Below are positions 59,051-64,000 of a DNA stretch of 64,000 nt, in pieces; positions within the stretch are counted from its first letter, which is position 1; the number at the start of each line of letters is the position of its first letter. The position numbers were made by a program, and so were the translations under genes. The DNA lies in the NCBI GenBank assembly GCA_043825735.1, contig JBDRRP010000158.1, positions 1 through 64,000 of the forward strand, given 5' to 3'. Source of the DNA: Pseudomonadota bacterium (lineage in GTDB: Bacteria > Desulfobacterota > Desulfobacteria > Desulfobacterales > JBDRRP01). The notes beneath the pieces are model-generated. The model searched no databases, was not told where the DNA came from, and saw only the letters and a list, made by a program, of their open reading frames with translations.

Positions 59051-61069
59051 ATGATCGATCACTATTTCACGAAGGCGCAGTCCCTCTACCGGCGGGGCGA
59101 CACGCAAGCCGCCGTAGACCTGCTACTGAAGCTGATCGGGTCCTTTCCGGATGCGCCCGAGGGGTATTTGACCCTATCCGACGTGATGCGCGATCTCGGG
59201 CAGCCGGCAGGCGCCCTGGAGGCGTTGGAACAAATGCCCGAAGCGGCCCGTGATGTGCGCTTCGATGTGTCAATGGCACTGGCCTTGGCCGATACCGATC
59301 AGCAGGATTGCGCCGCCGCGGCAAGCGAACGTCTCATGAGCGTGCCCTCCGCCACTGCGGTTGGGCTTCTGGTGAAAGGGCAGCTCGCTGCGCGGGCAGA
59401 TAAAACCGCTGAGGCCATCGGTCTGCTGCAGCTGGCCATTGACAGGGATCCTGCCTGTGGTGAGGCCATGACCTGCCTAGGCAGGCTCCTGTGGCGCACC
59501 GGAGACACCGTCGGCGCGCTGGATTTTCTGGCCCGGGGTTTGGAAGCGACCCCCTGGCGAACCGACGCCGCTACCGCCTACCACGAAGCGGTAACGGCAG
59601 TGGGCGCCTATGATCATGCACAGCCGGTGTTTAGCCGCATCTTTGATGCGGACCCGGCCATCGAGCGCACCACGTGCCTTTACATCGACGTACTGCTCAA
59701 ACGCGGCGAGCTGGCGCGGGCCATGACGGTGGTGAAGACGGCCCTGTCCGTTCTCGGTGCTTCCGACGCACTTCTGGACGGGGCATTGAGCATCCAGCGG
59801 CAATTGAAGACGACTCAGCTTCCCGGCCGGATTCCGCAAATCACCCTTTGCATGATCGTCAAGGACGAACAGGCGCAACTGGCCCGGTGCCTTCACAGCG
59901 TGGCGCCGGTGGTGGACGAGATGGTGGTGGTGGACACCGGATCCACTGACCGGACCTGCGAGGTGGCACGCCTGTTCGGCGCGCGGGTGGTGAACGTTGC
60001 CTGGAACGCGGATTTCGCTGCGGCGCGAAATGCCGGGCTGGACCAGACCACCGGGCAGTGGATTCTCATTATGGACGCCGATGAGGCCCTCAGCGCCCGG
60101 GACCATGACGCCCTGCGGCAGCTGGTATCCCGGAGCGAAACGGGCATGGTGGCCTTTGCCCTGACGACCCGCAACTATATCTATCAGATGAACGCGATGG
60201 GATGGCACCCAAATGACGGACGCTACCGTGCGGAAGAAGCCGGCAACGGCTGGTTTCCCAGCGAGAAGGTGCGGCTGTTTCCAAACCTGAAGGCGGTGCG
60301 GTTCTGCTATCCGGTTCATGAGGTGGTGGAGCCGGCCCTGAAACAGGCGGGCATTGGCGTGCGCCAGTGTCCGGTGCCGGTTCATCATTACGGAAAGCTC
60401 GATCTGCGGCAAAGTTCCGAAAAAGGGGCGGCCTATTTTCAGATCGGCCTTGGCAAGGTGGACCAGATGGCCGGTGATCCACTGGCCCTGCGGGAACTGG
60501 CGATTCAGGCCATGAACCTGGAGCGCTTTGACGATGCTGTGGCCCTGTGGCAGCGCCTGGCCGATGCCGACCCGAACCGGGCGGAAAACCTGGTGAATCT
60601 GAGCTCGGCCCACTGGCACCGCGGCCGTTACCGGGAAGCCCGGGACTGCGCCCGGCGGGCGCTGGCCTTGGCCCCGGGGCTCAAGGAGGCCGCCTACAAC
60701 CTGGCCAACAGCCTGCTTCACCTGGGGGCGGCGGCAGAGGCCGCCGACATCCTTGCCGCCGCCATCGGCCGTCACCCCGATTATCTCGCAGGGCGCTTTC
60801 TCCTGGCGGCGGCGCTGTGCTGCGCCGGCCGGCAGGAGACGGGCATACCGGCGTTGCGGTCGCTGGGATCATCCCTTTTGGGGCCAGGCCTGCCGCTGTC
60901 GTGCGCCACTCTGATCGAGAGCCTTGCCGGCGCCGGGCAGCCGGATCTGGCAAGGCGTCTGGCCAGCGGCGCAGCGGCTTCGGGCTGCGGCCGCACTGGT
61001 GAGCAGACGCCTCCCGAAGGGGCGCTGCCGCAAAAGACCGCTCCTGCGCTGGGCGCGCTCACCCTATGA
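59051..61069 (+). CDS. TPR-GT2-TPR glycosyltransferase (protein/flagellin glycosyltransferase-like)
   Basis: ITLCMIVKDE, VVDTGSTDRT, WNADFAAARN, MDADE, VHE, HHYG flanked by TPR helices. Confidence 0.88.
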   Translation: MIDHYFTKAQSLYRRGDTQAAVDLLLKLIGSFPDAPEGYLTLSDVMRDLGQPAGALEALEQMPEAARDVRFDVSMALALADTDQQDCAAAASERLMSVPSATAVGLLVKGQLAARADKTAEAIGLLQLAIDRDPACGEAMTCLGRLLWRTGDTVGALDFLARGLEATPWRTDAATAYHEAVTAVGAYDHAQPVFSRIFDADPAIERTTCLYIDVLLKRGELARAMTVVKTALSVLGASDALLDGALSIQRQLKTTQLPGRIPQITLCMIVKDEQAQLARCLHSVAPVVDEMVVVDTGSTDRTCEVARLFGARVVNVAWNADFAAARNAGLDQTTGQWILIMDADEALSARDHDALRQLVSRSETGMVAFALTTRNYIYQMNAMGWHPNDGRYRAEEAGNGWFPSEKVRLFPNLKAVRFCYPVHEVVEPALKQAGIGVRQCPVPVHHYGKLDLRQSSEKGAAYFQIGLGKVDQMAGDPLALRELAIQAMNLERFDDAVALWQRLADADPNRAENLVNLSSAHWHRGRYREARDCARRALALAPGLKEAAYNLANSLLHLGAAAEAADILAAAIGRHPDYLAGRFLLAAALCCAGRQETGIPALRSLGSSLLGPGLPLSCATLIESLAGAGQPDLARRLASGAAASGCGRTGEQTPPEGALPQKTAPALGALTL

Positions 61070-62538
61070 ACACCCCGGCGCAGATAATCCCCCTTTTCCG
61101 GCGCGGCGACGACGACCCGAAAGCCGCCGGGCATGCGGACGCGCAGGCCAAACGCTGCCTGGCCGCCGGAGACCTGGCCGGCGCGGTGCGCTACTGGCGA
61201 AAGGCCCTGACGCTGTCGGCGCAGGGGACCGAGATCCGCTTCAATCTCGCCCGGGCGCTCACCGATCTGGGACGCGGTGAGGCGGCCGAAGCGCTCTATC
61301 TGGACCTGATACGAGCAGTGCCGGGTCATGCCGATGCCTTGTACAACCTGGGAAACCTGCGCCTGCGCTGCGGCGATGCACGGGGCGCCGTGCACTGGTA
61401 CCGCCGGGCTGTCGCCGCGGCGCCGGAAAAGCAGGAACCGCGCCTCAATCTGGGCATGGCCCTCAAGAGCGCCGGCCGCCCGGCCGACGCCGAAGCCGTC
61501 TACCGGGAAACGACACGGCGATGGGCCGGCTGCGCCGAGGCCCACTGGAATCTGGCGGTTCTGCTCCTTTCCCAGGGGCGCTGGGCAGAGGGGTTCGCCG
61601 AGTACCAATGGCGGCTTAAGCGTTTCGAGGTGCCGGGATTCCAGGATGCGAGCCCGTGGTGGGACGGCAGACCGGCGCCGGACCGTCATTTGCTGCTCTG
61701 GGCCGAGCAGGGCGTCGGCGACGCCATTCATTTTCTGCGATATGTGCCCGCTGCCGCCGCACGAGCCGGGCGGGTCACGGTCTGCTGCCACCCCGGGCTG
61801 AAATCGCTGGCCCGGCGCGCGGTCGGCGTGGACCGGGTGCTGGCCTTCGGCGAGTCCCTGCCGGCGTTCGATCTGCACGCCCCGCTGATGAGCCTGCCCC
61901 ATCTGCTCGGCCGTCCCGAGCCGGTCGCCTCCTGGCAAGGCCCCTACATCGACGCGCCGCTGTCGCCCGTGCCACCGCGAATCGCCCCGGGCCGATGCAC
62001 GGTGGGGCTGGTCTGGTCGGGCAACCCGGATTTTGTGGACAACGCCCGCCGCGCCTGTCCCCCCGATCTCCTGCGGCCCCTGGTCGATTGCCCCGGTGCC
62101 ATCTTTTACGCCCTGCAAAAAGGCGCGGCAGCCGAGTCGGCCGGCAAGGCCGCTTTGGGAGATCGGGTGCACGATCTGGCACCCGGGCTCAACGATTTCG
62201 CCGATACCGCCGGCGCCATCGCGCGTCTTGAGATGATTGTTACGGTGGATACGGCCGTGGCGCACCTGGCCGGCGCCATGGGAAAACCGGTCTGGGTGAT
62301 GCTTCACCATGCGCCGGACTGGCGGTGGCTCGGCACCGGCGAGACCACGGCCTGGTATCCCACCATGCGGCTGTTTCGCCAGAAAACCCCTGGGGACTGG
62401 CAGCCCGTGATCAGGGAGATCCGGCGGGCGCTGGCGCTGAAGGCCGGACCCGGGATGGCGCGCTGCGGTGTGATTCATGATCGCGTATCGACGCCCGCCG
62501 CCCCGGTGCCACAAACCCAAGGACGCGGCCATGAATAA
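61066..62538 (+). CDS. TPR + GT9-like glycosyltransferase
   Basis: TPR repeats followed by WDG, AEQGVGDAIHFLRY, LMSLP, GLVWSGNP, DFADTA, VDTAVAHLAGAMG, DWRW, WYPTMRLFRQ; ATGA overlap. Confidence 0.88.
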   Translation: MNTPAQIIPLFRRGDDDPKAAGHADAQAKRCLAAGDLAGAVRYWRKALTLSAQGTEIRFNLARALTDLGRGEAAEALYLDLIRAVPGHADALYNLGNLRLRCGDARGAVHWYRRAVAAAPEKQEPRLNLGMALKSAGRPADAEAVYRETTRRWAGCAEAHWNLAVLLLSQGRWAEGFAEYQWRLKRFEVPGFQDASPWWDGRPAPDRHLLLWAEQGVGDAIHFLRYVPAAAARAGRVTVCCHPGLKSLARRAVGVDRVLAFGESLPAFDLHAPLMSLPHLLGRPEPVASWQGPYIDAPLSPVPPRIAPGRCTVGLVWSGNPDFVDNARRACPPDLLRPLVDCPGAIFYALQKGAAAESAGKAALGDRVHDLAPGLNDFADTAGAIARLEMIVTVDTAVAHLAGAMGKPVWVMLHHAPDWRWLGTGETTAWYPTMRLFRQKTPGDWQPVIREIRRALALKAGPGMARCGVIHDRVSTPAAPVPQTQGRGHE

Positions 62539-64000
62539 AAGACCAACACCGATAACGAGGGAAAGCACGCGCGCGTGCGACGCCCTGCTGGCCCGGGCTT
62601 TGGAAGCCCACCGGCAAGGGCGGGCGGCGGCGGCCCGCGAGGGCTACCGGCAGGTGCTCTCGCACCATCCCGACCATGTGGACGCGCTCAATTTTCTGGG
62701 CGTGCTCGAACAGGAGACCGGTGACATCACGGCGGCTCTGGTTCATCTGGAACGGGCGGCCTGCTGTGATCCGGGCAACGAGATTGTACTCAACAACCTG
62801 GGCAACGTTTTGAAAGCGGACGGGCAGGCGGCGCGTGCCGAAGACTGTTACCGGCGTGCCGTCGCGCTCGACCCGAGCGACCCGGATCCTCACTACAATC
62901 TGGCCGTGCTGCTTCAGTCCCAGGGACGACTTGACGAGGCCATGGCCGGGTATGAACGTACCCTTGGCCTGAACCCCGACGATGCCGGGGCCCTCAACAA
63001 CATGGCCGGCATTCTCAACGACCGCGGGGACGCGGCGGCGGCCGAGGCCGCTTACCGGCGCGTTTTGGCAAGCCGGCCGGACCACCCCCGGGCGCTGGTG
63101 AATCTGGCCGGTCTGCTGCTGGCACAGGGGCGACACGATGCGGCCGTCGAATGCTGCCGGCGGGCCCTGGCGGGTGCGCCCGACTACCTGGAGGCCCTTC
63201 TTTGTCTGGGCCGCGCCAGCCGCGAGGCCGGCCGTCTCGAGGACGCCCATGGCGCCTTGCAGCAGGCCGCCAAGCGGCATCCTGACTCAGTGGAGGCCCA
63301 GTTCAACCTGGGCAATGTCCTCAAGGACCTGGGAAGCTTTCCGGCGGCGGCGGCGTGCTACCGACGGGCCATCGACATCGCGCCGGACTATGCCAAGGCC
63401 TGGTGCAATCTCGGATCGATCCACCGGGAAGAGGGGAGAAACGCCGAGGCCATGACCTGCTACCAGCAGGCCGTCGCCCTGGACCCGGAATTCGCCGCCG
63501 TCTACAACAACATGAGCATCCTGCTGGCCGAAACCGGCCGCATCGGCGAGGCGCTGGCGTGCTGCCGCAAGGCCCAGCAGCTCCAGAAAGACTTCGCCGA
63601 GTCCTTCAACAACACGGCCCGGTGCCTCAAGTACAGCGGCCGGGCAGAGGAGAGCCTCGACTGGTATCGCAGATCGTTGGCCCAGTCGCCGCAGACCGCT
63701 TTCGTGCATTCCAACCTGCTCTACTGCCTGGCCTATCTGCCCCCCCGGTTGGCGCCGCCCGAGGCGGTAAGCCGCGAGCATCGCCAATGGGCGGCGATTC
63801 ACGGCGCACCGGCCCACCGGGTGATAGACAGCCACCCCAACACCCCGGACCCGGACCGGCCACTGCGGGTGGGCTACCTGTCGCCGGATTTTAGGCGGCA
63901 CCCGGTGGCCACCTTCATCACACCGGTACTGGCCGGACATGACCCTGCGCGGGTTCAGAGCGTCTGTTTTTCCGATGTGCGCAAGGCAGATGCGGTCACT
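62531..64000 (+). CDS. TPR + GT41 O-GlcNAc-transferase/SPINDLY-like protein (3-prime truncated by the window; absent from the ORF track)
   Basis: Manual translation from ATG 62531: ...HPDHVDALNFLGVL TPR array, then in the same frame RPLRVGYLSPDFRRHPVATF, the GT41 catalytic N-lobe. Confidence 0.88.
   Translation, partial: MNKRPTPITRESTRACDALLARALEAHRQGRAAAAREGYRQVLSHHPDHVDALNFLGVLEQETGDITAALVHLERAACCDPGNEIVLNNLGNVLKADGQAARAEDCYRRAVALDPSDPDPHYNLAVLLQSQGRLDEAMAGYERTLGLNPDDAGALNNMAGILNDRGDAAAAEAAYRRVLASRPDHPRALVNLAGLLLAQGRHDAAVECCRRALAGAPDYLEALLCLGRASREAGRLEDAHGALQQAAKRHPDSVEAQFNLGNVLKDLGSFPAAAACYRRAIDIAPDYAKAWCNLGSIHREEGRNAEAMTCYQQAVALDPEFAAVYNNMSILLAETGRIGEALACCRKAQQLQKDFAESFNNTARCLKYSGRAEESLDWYRRSLAQSPQTAFVHSNLLYCLAYLPPRLAPPEAVSREHRQWAAIHGAPAHRVIDSHPNTPDPDRPLRVGYLSPDFRRHPVATFITPVLAGHDPARVQSVCFSDVRKADAVT

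Noticed and set aside
62538..62556. TAAA...CCGATAA as a sigma28 promoter
   Set aside because: Spacing is too short for the FliA consensus and it lies inside a CDS start
23932..62568. Long minus-strand ORFs (e.g. 23932-25962, 34598-36061, 56628-58199, 60781-62568)
   Set aside because: Antisense shadows of well-supported high-GC plus-strand genes, with no recognisable motifs

Overview
GC-rich bacterial DNA, most consistent with a Desulfobacterota (Desulfobacterales-like) genome; this is inferred from the CFI-box-CTERM protein, sigma54/NtrC regulation and intergenic repeat style. It has three parts. (1) 118-12.5 kb: a 3045-aa modular beta-helix/Ig surface protein with a CFI-box-CTERM anchor, an FGE-sulfatase-domain gene, an alpha/beta hydrolase and an acyl-CoA ligase. 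(2) 13-21.3 kb: a sigma54-controlled, probably flagellum-associated block (PilZ protein, NtrC-type regulator, SH3 protein, Csd4/M99-like and Tat-exported M15B peptidoglycan peptidases, a histidine kinase with a degenerate H-box). (3) 21.6-64 kb: a >40-kb, same-strand, largely translationally coupled glycan/protein-glycosylation island. It carries NeuB/SpsF/PseG-like nonulosonate genes, 3 aminotransferases, 5 radical-SAM domains, many methyl-, acyl- and formyltransferases, and multi-GT/TPR fusion proteins, ending in a GT41 (OGT/SPINDLY-like) gene that runs off the window. The most unusual signals are: two radical-SAM/aminotransferase gene pairs with no PseB/LegB dehydratase in view; a B12 radical-SAM-SAF fusion; a MTase-GT2-TPR-radical-SAM fusion; a uxs gene bracketed by a perfect 15-bp inverted repeat; seven sigma54 promoters, three with a FleQ-type box; and palindromic short-period repeat elements in intergenic DNA. 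No rRNA, tRNA, CRISPR array, transposase or reverse transcriptase was recognised. All functional calls come from motif reading only, with no database searches.
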